From NCBI GenBank assembly GCA_018713145.1, contig DVFP01000011.1, positions 22,606-86,605 of the forward strand: a stretch of 64,000 nucleotides of DNA. Direction: 5' to 3'. Made by a program: the position numbers and the translations under genes. This document shows, one piece after another, positions 52,111 to 62,194 of this stretch. The notes below the pieces were generated by a model. The model did not search any database. It was not told the origin of the DNA and saw only the letters and a list, made by a program, of their open reading frames with translations. The stretch's first letter is position 1. Every line of letters starts with the position of its first letter. This DNA is from Candidatus Scybalocola faecavium (GTDB lineage: Bacteria > Bacillota > Clostridia > Lachnospirales > Lachnospiraceae).

Positions 52111-55100
52111 TTACGGCACAAATGCCGCCAGAATCCGCTCCACATCCGGCATCTCCCATGTAAATCCCAGACGGGACAAAGCTTCCTCTGTCCTACGGCA
52201 TACCGGGGAAATACGCATGGGCACCTGAGTAAACCGGTCATACTGGGTCAGCAGCATGGAGATCGACAGATCATTTGTATTTCCGGCCAGCTGACGCAAA
52301 TGCGCCTCAAAAACATCCCGGCTTACAAGCTTAAGCTCAAGTCCCATACCGGCCGCTATCTCAGACACGGTTTTCATTTTAGGATTAAAAACATGATAGA
52401 CCATGCGCTCTCCCTTTTCCATCAGGGTCACTGCCGCAGCGGCACAGTCATCTACCGCTGTTGTATCCAAAGGAAGATGCGCTAAAATATCCGGGATCAT
52501 CCCCGCCTTAAGGATTCCTGACACAAGTCCCCAAAAAGCATTACTTTCTGGATTCTTCTGAAATACGCCGTCACTGCTGCGTCCTACCAGGCGTCCGATC
52601 CGCAAAATCTTTACATCCATCCCATCCTCCGCAGCTTTCCGGACAAGAGTTTCACCCTGAAATTTCCCTTTCAGGTAAATATTGTCCTCCCAGTTTTGTC
52701 CAATATTAAAATCATCCTCTGAAAATTCCCGGACAAGCTCCGGCTGGTTCCGGACAAATTCACTGCCGAGACTCACTGTGGAAATATAGACCATTTTCCC
52801 GCCGGCCGCCTCAGCCAGCTCTAAAACATGGCGTGTCCCCTCCCGGTTTGTCATCACCGGTTCATCTGAATCCGCATAGTGACGCACATCTGCTGCGGCA
52901 TGGATCACCACTCCCACGTTTTCCGTCACCGTGGACCATTGTTCCGGAGACAGACCTAATCTCGGACACACAATATCTCCTTGAAGAACCTCGATCCTTT
53001 TTTTAGCCCGGGCCAAAAAACCTCTGCCAAAATACCACTCCATAGTATCCTCAAACCGCCGGGGATCAGAACCCCGGACAAGGCAGTAAATCTTTTTATA
53101 GCCGCGCTGGATCAGCTCCTGCAGCACGTGAGCCCCGAAAAATCCCGTAGCCCCGGTCAGAAATACACACCGGGGATCTTTAACCGCTTTGACAGGCGCC
53201 GGGCTCATCTCCGTGCCGGCCTTATCCTTAAAGAAAAAAGCTTTTTGCTGATTTAACGTAGGGTTCCCATAAAACTGGGACAAAGTCATGGACAAACCAT
53301 GATTATAATAACGGCTTAACAGGTTCAGGGCTGTCAAAGACGTACCGCCCTGCTCGAAAAAGGACTGATCCCCTTGAATTTCATCCAGTTTCAATGCATC
53401 CTTCCAAAAACCCTCTAAAGTCCGGCCATCTACAGCCTGGGGATCCGGGTTCTTACGATCTGCCTCCTCTAAAGGCAAATGTACCGGTTTCGCCGGCACC
53501 GGAGCCGGTATGGAAGTCTCCCGGATCTTTTCAAGGGCTTTAAGATCTGTCTTGCCCGTATCAGTTACCGGAAGATGATCCAATACTTGGATGGATGAAG
53601 GCACCATGTACCCGGGAAGCTCAGATTCCAGCCATTGCCGCAGCGCGCCTGTATCCACCGTTTCACCGGGCTTAGGGGTCACAAATGCCCTCAGGGCCTT
53701 AAAATCTCCCTCAGACACAGCCACCACCGCCGCTTGTCCGATCAGTCCGGAGCTTATGATCTTCCCCTGGATCTCCGCCAGCTCTACCCGCTGGCCGTTT
53801 AATTTAATCTGATGATCCCCACGGCCTGCAAAGTCAATACGCCCGTCAGGCAAAAGGCGTACCAGATCACCGCTGCGGTATATGATTTCCCCCGGCCGGA
53901 AAGGATCTTTAACAAACAGCTCCTTTGTCAGATCCGGCCGGCCTACATATCCGGCAGACACACAGGCGCCGCCAAAATACAGTTCTCCTATCCCTGTCGG
54001 CATGACGCGTTTCATATGCTCATCCAGCACATAGATCCAACAGTTGGGAAAAATCTGTCCCACTGTGATCTTATCCGTATGGGTCACATCATCCATTGTA
54101 CAGTAAACAGTAACTTCCGTCGGTCCGTACAAATTATAGATCGTATGGCATCCTGCCGCCCGAAGCTTGTCAAGAAGGGCCGGAGGAAATACTTCCCCGC
54201 ACATCAGCACTGTGTCTATATGAGACAAAGCCTTGACAAAATCCGGATTTTCCATAAAAAGTACAGCTCTTGACGGGGTAAATTCCACGATCCCAACGTG
54301 ATGTTCCCGGATCAGGCGGGCACATTTCCACGGCAGGACCATTTCATCCTCATCCGCCATAACAATATAATTGCCCATAGCTAAAGTCAGCAAAGTTTCT
54401 GTAATAAAAATATCAAAAATAACATTGGCCGTACACAAAAAGCCTGTGTGGCCTCCAGGCAGCTTACCTTTCATAACCGCGTACAAATTGGCAATGGAAT
54501 GATGACGGATCATAACGCCTTTAGGCTGGCCGGTAGAGCCGGAAGTAAACAAAATAAAGCATACATCCTCTCCGCTTCTGCCTGCAGCCGGTTCCGGCTG
54601 CCGAAAATCGCCTTCCTCCACAGCTTTTTCAATGTCCACAAAGGCGCCATCCATTCCCTCCGGCAGTTCTTCAAGGGTTTTCCTGTCACACAAGGTCACT
54701 TTCACCCCGGACTGATCCATCATGGATTCCAGCCGTTTTTTGGGAAATGTAGGCAGCATAGGCACATAAGCGCATCCGATTTTTAAAACAGCCATCATAG
54801 CCGTCAAAAGCCGGGGACCTCTCCGGCACAAAATTCCTATGTGATCTCCCTGCTTTAACCCCATATCCTGGAGACGGGAAGCCAATGCATCCCAATCTGC
54901 TTTAAGCTCGCCCAGAGTAAACGTTTCATCTCTAAAGATCAATGCCGCCTGATCCGGAGCCAGCTCTGCTGCCATATCCACCATTGCATCCACCGGCACA
55001 TCCGCAAACGCGGCGCTGAGATTTTCAGTAAGGCTGTCAAGCCTGAATCTGTCCGCTCCGGATATTTTTGGAATATTCCCTAATGTGCGTTTTTCATCTC

Positions 55101-58100
55101 TGGCAAGTCCTGCTGCAATAGCGCCTATACACCGGGCATAAAACTCCCCGGTCTGAGGAAGGAACAAGGTGTCAGCATACTCCAGCCTGAAATTCCATCT
55201 GCCTTTTTCTTTGTAAACTTCCAGGTTAAGATCCATCTTAGCACTGCTTGAAGGCAGCTCTTCGCTTTGGACTTCCATATGGTCAAACGTTGTGCCTTCA
55301 AGATTTACCGGACGCATAGATAAAATGGCATGATACATGTCATTTCCTTTTCTGCCTGCCATTTTCGCCAGCGACTCTAAATCCGCCCTGTTGTGATCCA
55401 GTATCCCGGTGACGGTTTTCTTAATCTGCTCCATATATTCCAGACAGGTAAGCTCTGCCCCGGCCCGGATCCTTATCGGAAGAGTATTGACAAACATTCC
55501 GGCCATATCCTTCAGTTCACGGCTGCCGCGGACAGATACCGGCGTCCCTGCGCACACATCGTCCTGACGGCTGACAGAAGCTAAAAGGATGCCAAAAGCG
55601 GCCGTAAACAGCATAAAAGGCGTAAAGCCGTGATCCTGACAGAACCGGTCGCAAAGCCGGCTGTCTGCTTCTGTCATTTTATAAAAAACGGTACGTCCCT
55701 GATAATCAAACGTCTGACTTCTCGGAAAATCTGTTGGTATCCGTACAGGCTCAGGCATGTCCTTAAGCAGATCCCGCCAAAAATCCTGGTCTTCACGGGA
55801 AAGCTGCGCGTTTAGCCGGGACAAAGTCCAGGCATAATCTATATAAGAAAGATGGCCGGCCTCCCGGGCCTTTCCTTCATAAAAATCATTGAGCCGGGAA
55901 ATGAGCATGGCTGCACTTTCCCCGTCACTAATGATATGATGCATATCGATAAAAATTATTGACTCCTGCCCCTCCGTCCACAGGCCCACCCGCATTAAAG
56001 GGGGACGGGTCAGATCAAAGGGTCTGACAAAAGCTTTCTTTGCCTCATCTAAAGGCAAATGACTGAAATCTTCCACGTAAGCTTCCACCCTGGCCCACAG
56101 TTTTTGCCCGATACCATTCTCTCCAGGCTCAAACCCCATGCGAAGCACCGGCTCGCTTTGCACCAAAGCAAAAAAAGCCTGTTCCAGTTTTTCTTGCCGG
56201 ATTTCTCCCCGGACTTTAAAGGCACAGGGCATATTATAGCTGCAGCTGTCCGGGTGCATCATGGTTTCAAAATAAACGCCCATCTGCTGAGGGGTCAGGG
56301 GATAAAGATCCCTTTTCGGCGCTTTCATCAGGCCAAGGACTCCCTCATTATTGCCGGAAACCGACCACGCTTTCGGTGATTCGCCAAGATGCCGTGCCAA
56401 TCCTGCAGCATTGCGGCAGGAATAAAGATCACTGATGCGCAGCCGCCTGCCTAAAATATTTTCCAGCTCTGTCAGCACCTGGAGCCCGTTGAGCGAATCC
56501 CCGCCATAAAGGAAATAGTCCCCGGACACAGGCATATCCGGCCGATTTAATACCTTTCGGAATACCTCCAGTATCTTTCCGGCAAGACTTGACGGATCTG
56601 CCTCCTGTTCCTGCGCATAAAGCTCCGGCAGAGGAAGGCGCGAGGCGTCCAGCTTTCCATTGGCATTTAAAGGGATGGATGGGACATGGATATAAGCCCC
56701 AGGGATCATGTAATCCGGCAGGACACTGGAAGCAAAAGCCATAAGCTCCTGCTCCGGCACAGGCTTATCGGCTGTATAATACGCCACAGGTACTTTTGAC
56801 AGGCCTTCTCCTGCCAGGCGCACTGCGGCCAGCTGTATTTTCGGATAGGTCATAAGCTTTGCACTGATCTCTCCAAGCTCTACCCGCTGTCCCCGAAGTT
56901 TAACCTGGCTGTCCTCCCGGCCGCGGATCACGATTTCTCCGTTTTGTGTCCAGCAGCCAATATCCCCGGTGCAATACATCCGCTCTCCCGGTTCAAAGGG
57001 ACTGTCCGTAAACGCCGCTTTAGTCTTTTCCGGATCATGATAATACCCTTCTCCCACACACAGGCCGGCCACATATAATTCTCCGTACACGCCTATAGGC
57101 ATAGGATTTTTATATTTATCCAGAATATAGCAGCGGCAGTTATCCATCGGACTTCCTACTGTAATCCGGGCGGTTCGGTTTAACAACCCGATGGCAACAC
57201 CTACCGTCGTCTCAGAAGGTCCGTACTGATTGTAAACCCTGGCTCCTGTATAAGATGCCAGCTGCGCCAAAAGGCTTCCCGGAAAATTCTCACCGCCGCA
57301 CACAATAGACTCAATACGGCTTAACGCTTTGCAAAAGCTTTCGTCCTTCATGTAAGCCTGAAGTCTTGAAGGGGTTGTTGTTAAAAATCCTACGGCATAA
57401 TCCCGGATCAGCCCGGCCAGAGCCCTGGGATCCTCCACATCATCGCTTCCGGCCAAAACCACCGTCCGACCGTTGAGAAGAGCCCCGATACTTTCGATCA
57501 AAAAGGCATCAAAGCCTGTATTACATATGGATAAAACAGCCCCGGAAGCATAGCAGGGACTCATGGCCATGGCAAAATTTAAAAAAGACTCCTGACGGAT
57601 CATCACGCCTTTGGGCCTGCCGGTACTCCCGGAAGTATAGATCAGATAGGCCAAAGCATTTTTATCCCGGCAGATGACAGCATGGCTTTCCTTTTTCCGG
57701 GAAACCTCGCTGGCATTTAAAAGCTCTGCCATATTAATACATGGGGTATCTTTCTTAAACCGGTCCAACATCTGAGTCCATGCCGGACTGGTGAGGATCA
57801 CCCCAGGCGTACAATCCTGATAGATTTCCGCCATCCGTCCCGGGGGACAGTTTTCCGGCAGGATCACCCAGGGCATCCCGGCAAATGCGCATCCGGCCAT
57901 AGCCGCAATGAGCAGGACAGACCTGGGCATTGCCAGAAGGACAACACTTTCCCGGCCCGGGCAATAATGCCGGATAGCATCTGCCACTGTACAGCCATAA
58001 TCCCACAAGGTTTTATAGGTAAAGCGCCGTCCTTTTTCAATCACAGCAACTCTTTCCGGAACACTAAAACAAACCTCTTCCATCTTTTGTCCCAGACTTA

Positions 58101-59517
58101 ACGGTGGAAGATACCGCTCCGTGCGGTTAAACCCAAACAGTACCTTTTCCTTCTCCTCCGCCCCTAAAAAAGACAGGTGGGCAATCGGCTTTTTCGGCTG
58201 GGCAAAGGCTTCATTGAGGATATTCATTAAATACATATGGAAATGCTCAATTTCCTGCTGTGAAAAAAGCTGGGCCAGATAATCATAATTCACAGAATAT
58301 CGCTTTTCATCCTCAATATTATTTAAGTGGATGCATATGTGCTCTGCCTGATAACCGGAATAGTGCCACTGTCCGGAAAATTCCACGGATGTATTATGAT
58401 TTTTATAGGCCTGACTGTTATGAAAGGACAAAACCAGATGGTACAAACGATGGACGGACGGGTTTTCACTTTTGCATATAGCAAAAATTTCCCCATAAGA
58501 CAGCTTTTGGTGGCGAAGCAGTTCCAGCCAGTCCTCTTCCAGATGACCGGCAAATTCCTCAAAGCTCCACGATTCATCAATACTGGAAAAAAATGGCAGT
58601 GTACTGACAAACATTCCCGTTGTTTTTCGGTCCGTGTAAGAACTTCGGTTATGGACCGGAGCTCCCATGCAAAAGCTCCTGATTCCCCGGGTGCGTTTTA
58701 AATAAATAGCCACTGCCATGTAAAACACCGCAAAAGGCGCGATCCGATGGGATGTACAAAATGCGTTCAGCTCATGATTCATGATCTCTGTCAGATAAAA
58801 GGTACGGCGGTAGCCTACCGGACTTACATCCGCTCCCTGTTCCTCCTTTAAGGAAACCGGAGGCGTCACATCCTTTAAAATCCTTTTCCAATAGTCCACA
58901 TCCCGATCATGGATCTTTGAATGAAGATACTTTTCCTCATCCTCCACATGAAGGCGGTAACTGGGAGACGGCTCGATCTGTGGAGTTTTTCCCTCCAAAA
59001 GCTCCAAATAAGCTACGGCGATCTTGTTGATCAAAGCCACCAGGGACCAGCCGTCTGAGATTAAATGATGGGTCTTTATAAGCACCTCACCCTCATGTTC
59101 TCCGATCTTTACAATAACAAACTGAAATAGGGGACTGTCTGTTAATGGCATGACCTCTCTGGCCACACTTTTCTCCCAGTGAAGGATTCCTTCCTGATTT
59201 GTAGCGGAAAAATCCAACACCGGAAACTGTATCCGCTGCCAGGGCACCTCATACTGCCAGGGTTCCCCCTGGGCATCTGTTATGATCCGTGTCCTTAAGG
59301 CGGGATCTGACTCTGCCACAAGATTAAGACATTCCTGAAGGCAAGCAACATTAAAAGTCCCCCGGATATGAAATGTCTCACATATATTATTCATCGGCGT
59401 TCCCTTATAGGCCTTCTCCAGATTCCATATATTTTTCTGACTGGCAGACAAAGGGAATCCCTCTTCCTCCCGTATAAGCTCCTTGTGCACTTTCTCTACC
59501 TTCCTTATCCAATGCAT
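52111..59517 (-). CDS. Two-module NRPS C-A-T-C-A-T-R with terminal thioester reductase
   Basis: HHLISDG (~59060), YTSGSTGRPKG (~57630), GGDSL (~56500), HHIISDG (~55930), FTSGSTGQPKG (~54540), GGTSL (~53345), LTGATGFFG (~53145), YLKGK. Confidence 0.96.
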   Translation of the reverse strand: MHWIRKVEKVHKELIREEEGFPLSASQKNIWNLEKAYKGTPMNNICETFHIRGTFNVACLQECLNLVAESDPALRTRIITDAQGEPWQYEVPWQRIQFPVLDFSATNQEGILHWEKSVAREVMPLTDSPLFQFVIVKIGEHEGEVLIKTHHLISDGWSLVALINKIAVAYLELLEGKTPQIEPSPSYRLHVEDEEKYLHSKIHDRDVDYWKRILKDVTPPVSLKEEQGADVSPVGYRRTFYLTEIMNHELNAFCTSHRIAPFAVFYMAVAIYLKRTRGIRSFCMGAPVHNRSSYTDRKTTGMFVSTLPFFSSIDESWSFEEFAGHLEEDWLELLRHQKLSYGEIFAICKSENPSVHRLYHLVLSFHNSQAYKNHNTSVEFSGQWHYSGYQAEHICIHLNNIEDEKRYSVNYDYLAQLFSQQEIEHFHMYLMNILNEAFAQPKKPIAHLSFLGAEEKEKVLFGFNRTERYLPPLSLGQKMEEVCFSVPERVAVIEKGRRFTYKTLWDYGCTVADAIRHYCPGRESVVLLAMPRSVLLIAAMAGCAFAGMPWVILPENCPPGRMAEIYQDCTPGVILTSPAWTQMLDRFKKDTPCINMAELLNASEVSRKKESHAVICRDKNALAYLIYTSGSTGRPKGVMIRQESFLNFAMAMSPCYASGAVLSICNTGFDAFLIESIGALLNGRTVVLAGSDDVEDPRALAGLIRDYAVGFLTTTPSRLQAYMKDESFCKALSRIESIVCGGENFPGSLLAQLASYTGARVYNQYGPSETTVGVAIGLLNRTARITVGSPMDNCRCYILDKYKNPMPIGVYGELYVAGLCVGEGYYHDPEKTKAAFTDSPFEPGERMYCTGDIGCWTQNGEIVIRGREDSQVKLRGQRVELGEISAKLMTYPKIQLAAVRLAGEGLSKVPVAYYTADKPVPEQELMAFASSVLPDYMIPGAYIHVPSIPLNANGKLDASRLPLPELYAQEQEADPSSLAGKILEVFRKVLNRPDMPVSGDYFLYGGDSLNGLQVLTELENILGRRLRISDLYSCRNAAGLARHLGESPKAWSVSGNNEGVLGLMKAPKRDLYPLTPQQMGVYFETMMHPDSCSYNMPCAFKVRGEIRQEKLEQAFFALVQSEPVLRMGFEPGENGIGQKLWARVEAYVEDFSHLPLDEAKKAFVRPFDLTRPPLMRVGLWTEGQESIIFIDMHHIISDGESAAMLISRLNDFYEGKAREAGHLSYIDYAWTLSRLNAQLSREDQDFWRDLLKDMPEPVRIPTDFPRSQTFDYQGRTVFYKMTEADSRLCDRFCQDHGFTPFMLFTAAFGILLASVSRQDDVCAGTPVSVRGSRELKDMAGMFVNTLPIRIRAGAELTCLEYMEQIKKTVTGILDHNRADLESLAKMAGRKGNDMYHAILSMRPVNLEGTTFDHMEVQSEELPSSSAKMDLNLEVYKEKGRWNFRLEYADTLFLPQTGEFYARCIGAIAAGLARDEKRTLGNIPKISGADRFRLDSLTENLSAAFADVPVDAMVDMAAELAPDQAALIFRDETFTLGELKADWDALASRLQDMGLKQGDHIGILCRRGPRLLTAMMAVLKIGCAYVPMLPTFPKKRLESMMDQSGVKVTLCDRKTLEELPEGMDGAFVDIEKAVEEGDFRQPEPAAGRSGEDVCFILFTSGSTGQPKGVMIRHHSIANLYAVMKGKLPGGHTGFLCTANVIFDIFITETLLTLAMGNYIVMADEDEMVLPWKCARLIREHHVGIVEFTPSRAVLFMENPDFVKALSHIDTVLMCGEVFPPALLDKLRAAGCHTIYNLYGPTEVTVYCTMDDVTHTDKITVGQIFPNCWIYVLDEHMKRVMPTGIGELYFGGACVSAGYVGRPDLTKELFVKDPFRPGEIIYRSGDLVRLLPDGRIDFAGRGDHQIKLNGQRVELAEIQGKIISSGLIGQAAVVAVSEGDFKALRAFVTPKPGETVDTGALRQWLESELPGYMVPSSIQVLDHLPVTDTGKTDLKALEKIRETSIPAPVPAKPVHLPLEEADRKNPDPQAVDGRTLEGFWKDALKLDEIQGDQSFFEQGGTSLTALNLLSRYYNHGLSMTLSQFYGNPTLNQQKAFFFKDKAGTEMSPAPVKAVKDPRCVFLTGATGFFGAHVLQELIQRGYKKIYCLVRGSDPRRFEDTMEWYFGRGFLARAKKRIEVLQGDIVCPRLGLSPEQWSTVTENVGVVIHAAADVRHYADSDEPVMTNREGTRHVLELAEAAGGKMVYISTVSLGSEFVRNQPELVREFSEDDFNIGQNWEDNIYLKGKFQGETLVRKAAEDGMDVKILRIGRLVGRSSDGVFQKNPESNAFWGLVSGILKAGMIPDILAHLPLDTTAVDDCAAAAVTLMEKGERMVYHVFNPKMKTVSEIAAGMGLELKLVSRDVFEAHLRQLAGNTNDLSISMLLTQYDRFTQVPMRISPVCRRTEEALSRLGFTWEMPDVERILAAFVP

Positions 59518-59579
59518 TTGCGTTTACACCGTTTGGACAAATATCCCCAAAATATTCTTCCCACGCGCCGCATACCCCT

Positions 59580-59700
59580 ATTATATGCTGTGAAAAATAC
59601 AAATGCAATCAATTCTTTCGCTATATATGATATTTTATTTCAATTTTTGTGACGATTTATGTGACTATTTTTTGATGCATTGTGACTATCTATGTGACGT
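59580..59700 (-). promoter_or_regulatory. NRPS operon promoter with upstream paired direct repeats
   Basis: TTGCAT-17-TATAAT (59608-59580); TGTGAC at 59648, 59660, 59681, 59693. Confidence 0.7.
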
Positions 59701-59788
59701 ATTTTAACCTTATGCAATACGGGACGATTATGGCGCATTTTCGTATCAAAGACAAAAAATACTCCCATCAAGTAAAAAAATTTTCTTC

Positions 59789-60102
59789 TTGACAAACACA
59801 AACAGATGTATTACACTTTAACAAGATAAATAATTAAATCAAAACCGATGAGAAAGAGAAGTAAGCTTTCAAACAAGATCCCAGAGAGCTGCCGGCGGTG
59901 GAAAGGCAGTATCACGTTAAAAGCTGAATGGACTTTTGAGGGCAGTCCGAAATGTAAAAAGTAGGCGCTGCCGGGAACCAAACCCGTTATCAATAAGGTG
60001 TGTATGTTTGTACATAAAAAAGTGGGCGAAAGTCAAGTTGAGTGGCACCGCGGAATGAATTTACCGTCTCAAGCATAAGTTTATGCTTGGGGCTTTTTTA
60101 TT
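59789..60102 (+). promoter_or_regulatory. Sigma-A promoter and Trp T-box riboswitch (UGG specifier)
   Basis: TTGACA-17-TACACT; AGAGAG/GGTGGAA loops; GAATGGAC specifier (59929-59931); TTGAGTGGCACCGCG; terminator CTCAAGCATAA...TTATGCTTGGG-CTTTTTT. Confidence 0.92.
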
Positions 60103-60215
60103 TGCTTCTGTTCACAAGGTGGACAGTAACACAGCCGTCCCGTAAAAAGCGTTAAAACGCTTCCATCCACTCCCGTCCGTCTCCTGCCGGTTTTGTATCT
60201 TTAGGAGGTTTTATT

Positions 60216-61307
60216 ATGAATAAGAAAATGATCGCAGCTTTATTAACCCTTTCCTTAAGCGCATGTGCCCTGACCGGATGCCAGTCCGCTTCCGGCAATG
60301 TCCAGGATTCAGGATCCGCCTCCGGCAGTGCCCAGGATTCAGAGTCCGCCTCCGGCAGCGCCCAGGCCTCAGAATCCGCCTCCGGCAGCGGGGAAAGCTA
60401 CACCATCTGCATTTCCCAATATGCTCAGCACGGCTCCCTGGACAACTGCCGGGAAGGCTTCTTAGAGGGCCTGGCACAGGAAGGGATCGTGGAAGGAGAA
60501 AACCTGACCGTTCAGTATCAAAATGCTCAGGCCGATTCTGGTATGTGCAGCCAGATCGCCTCCCAGTTTGTAGCTGATGACCCGGATCTGATCTGCGCCA
60601 TTGCTACGCCCAGCGCTTTAAGCTGCTATAACGCGGCCAGAGATACAGACATTCCTGTGATCTACACCGCAGTTACAGACCCGGAAACTGCAGAACTTGT
60701 AGACGAAAATCAAATGCCTGTGGGAAATATTACCGGAACCAGCGATAAACTTCCGGTAGATGCCCAATTAGATCTGATCCGTTCCATCCTTCCGGACGCA
60801 AAAACCATTGGCATTATGTATACCACCAGTGAACTGAACTCTGTCGCTACTATTGAAGAATATAAGGAAAAGGCTCCGGACTATGGATTTGAGATCGTAG
60901 ACATGGGCATTTCCACCAGCGCGGACATTCCTTTAGCCGCAGATAACCTTCTGTCCAAAGTAGACTGTCTCAACAACCTGACAGACAACACTGTGGTTCA
61001 GGGACTTCCCACCATCCTGGCAAAGGCTGCGGATCAAAACATCCCTGTCTTTGGCAGCGAGATCGAGCAGGTAAAGATCGGCTGCCTGGCCGCCGCCGGC
61101 ATCGACTACATTGAGCTTGGAAAAAAGACCGGACAAATGGCTGCCCGGATTTTAAAAGGCGAAGCATCTGCCAGTGAAATGCCTTATGAAACCTTTGAAG
61201 ATTACAGCACCTATTTTAACCAGGCTGTAGCTGATAATCTCGGTCTTTCCATAGACAGCGGCATCCTGGAAAATGCGGAAATCTTTACTGAAATCACAGA
61301 GGAGTGA
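60216..61307 (+). CDS. ABC transporter substrate-binding lipoprotein, TrpX-like (tryptophan)
   Basis: Lipobox LTGC, QYAQHGSLD, IATPSA, YTAVTDP, NITGTSD; under Trp T-box. Confidence 0.9.
   Translation: MNKKMIAALLTLSLSACALTGCQSASGNVQDSGSASGSAQDSESASGSAQASESASGSGESYTICISQYAQHGSLDNCREGFLEGLAQEGIVEGENLTVQYQNAQADSGMCSQIASQFVADDPDLICAIATPSALSCYNAARDTDIPVIYTAVTDPETAELVDENQMPVGNITGTSDKLPVDAQLDLIRSILPDAKTIGIMYTTSELNSVATIEEYKEKAPDYGFEIVDMGISTSADIPLAADNLLSKVDCLNNLTDNTVVQGLPTILAKAADQNIPVFGSEIEQVKIGCLAAAGIDYIELGKKTGQMAARILKGEASASEMPYETFEDYSTYFNQAVADNLGLSIDSGILENAEIFTEITEE
60285..60390 (+). repeat. Coding 30-nt tandem repeat (SASGSAQDSE), about 3.5 units, lipoprotein linker
   Basis: TCCGCCTCCGGCAGTGCCCAGGATTCAGAG-type units. 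Confidence 0.9.
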
Positions 61308-61312
61308 AAAAC

Positions 61313-62194
61313 ATGTCCATTGTTTTAGGTATTTTAGAACAGGGCCTGATCTACGGGATCATGGCCCTTGGGGTATATATTACTTATAAAATCCTTGACT
61401 TTCCGGATCTTACCGTAGACGGCAGCTTCCCCCTGGGAGCTGCTGTGGCGGCTGTGCTTATAAAAAACGGCGTTAATCCTTATCTTTCTCTGGCAGCCGC
61501 CTTTGCAGCCGGCGTCCTTGCCGGCATCTGTACGGGACTGATCCATGTAAAACTTAAGGTTCGGGATCTTTTAGCCGGGATTATTATGATGACTGCCCTG
61601 TATACCATTAACCTGAAGATCGCCGGTCAGGCCAATATCCCTTTATTTACCAGTCAGACGATTTTTGACAATGACCTTTTAAACGCCATTGTTCCCCAAG
61701 CCCTTAAGCCCTACATAACTCTGATCATTATTTTAATCATCAGTCTCATTGCTAAATATGTGCTGGATCTTTATTTAAAGACCCGGTCCGGCTATCTGCT
61801 CCGGGCAGTCGGCGACAATGATACCCTTGTCACCTGCCTGGCTAAGGATAAAGGTCTTGTTAAAATCGTAGGACTGGCCATTTCCAACGGCCTGGTGGCC
61901 TTAGGGGGCGCGGTCTTTGCCCATGAGGAAGGATACTTTGATATTTCCAGCGGCACAGGCACCATGGTCATCGGACTGGCCAGCGTGATCATCGGCACCA
62001 ACCTGTTTAAAAATGTGACCATTCTTCGGGTCACATCCTCTGTGCTGATCGGCTCTGTATTATATAAAGCCTGTGTAGCTATTGCCTTAAACTTCCTGGA
62101 ACCGGATTTTGTCAAACTGATAACTGCAGTGCTTTTACTGGTGATCCTTGTGATCAGTCATGACCGTAAAAAGAAGGTGAAGATCAATGCTTGA
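61313..62194 (+). CDS. ABC transporter permease, TrpY-like
   Basis: ILDFPDLTVDGSFPLG, LRAVGDN, GTGTMVIGLASVIIG. Confidence 0.92.
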   Translation: MSIVLGILEQGLIYGIMALGVYITYKILDFPDLTVDGSFPLGAAVAAVLIKNGVNPYLSLAAAFAAGVLAGICTGLIHVKLKVRDLLAGIIMMTALYTINLKIAGQANIPLFTSQTIFDNDLLNAIVPQALKPYITLIIILIISLIAKYVLDLYLKTRSGYLLRAVGDNDTLVTCLAKDKGLVKIVGLAISNGLVALGGAVFAHEEGYFDISSGTGTMVIGLASVIIGTNLFKNVTILRVTSSVLIGSVLYKACVAIALNFLEPDFVKLITAVLLLVILVISHDRKKKVKINA

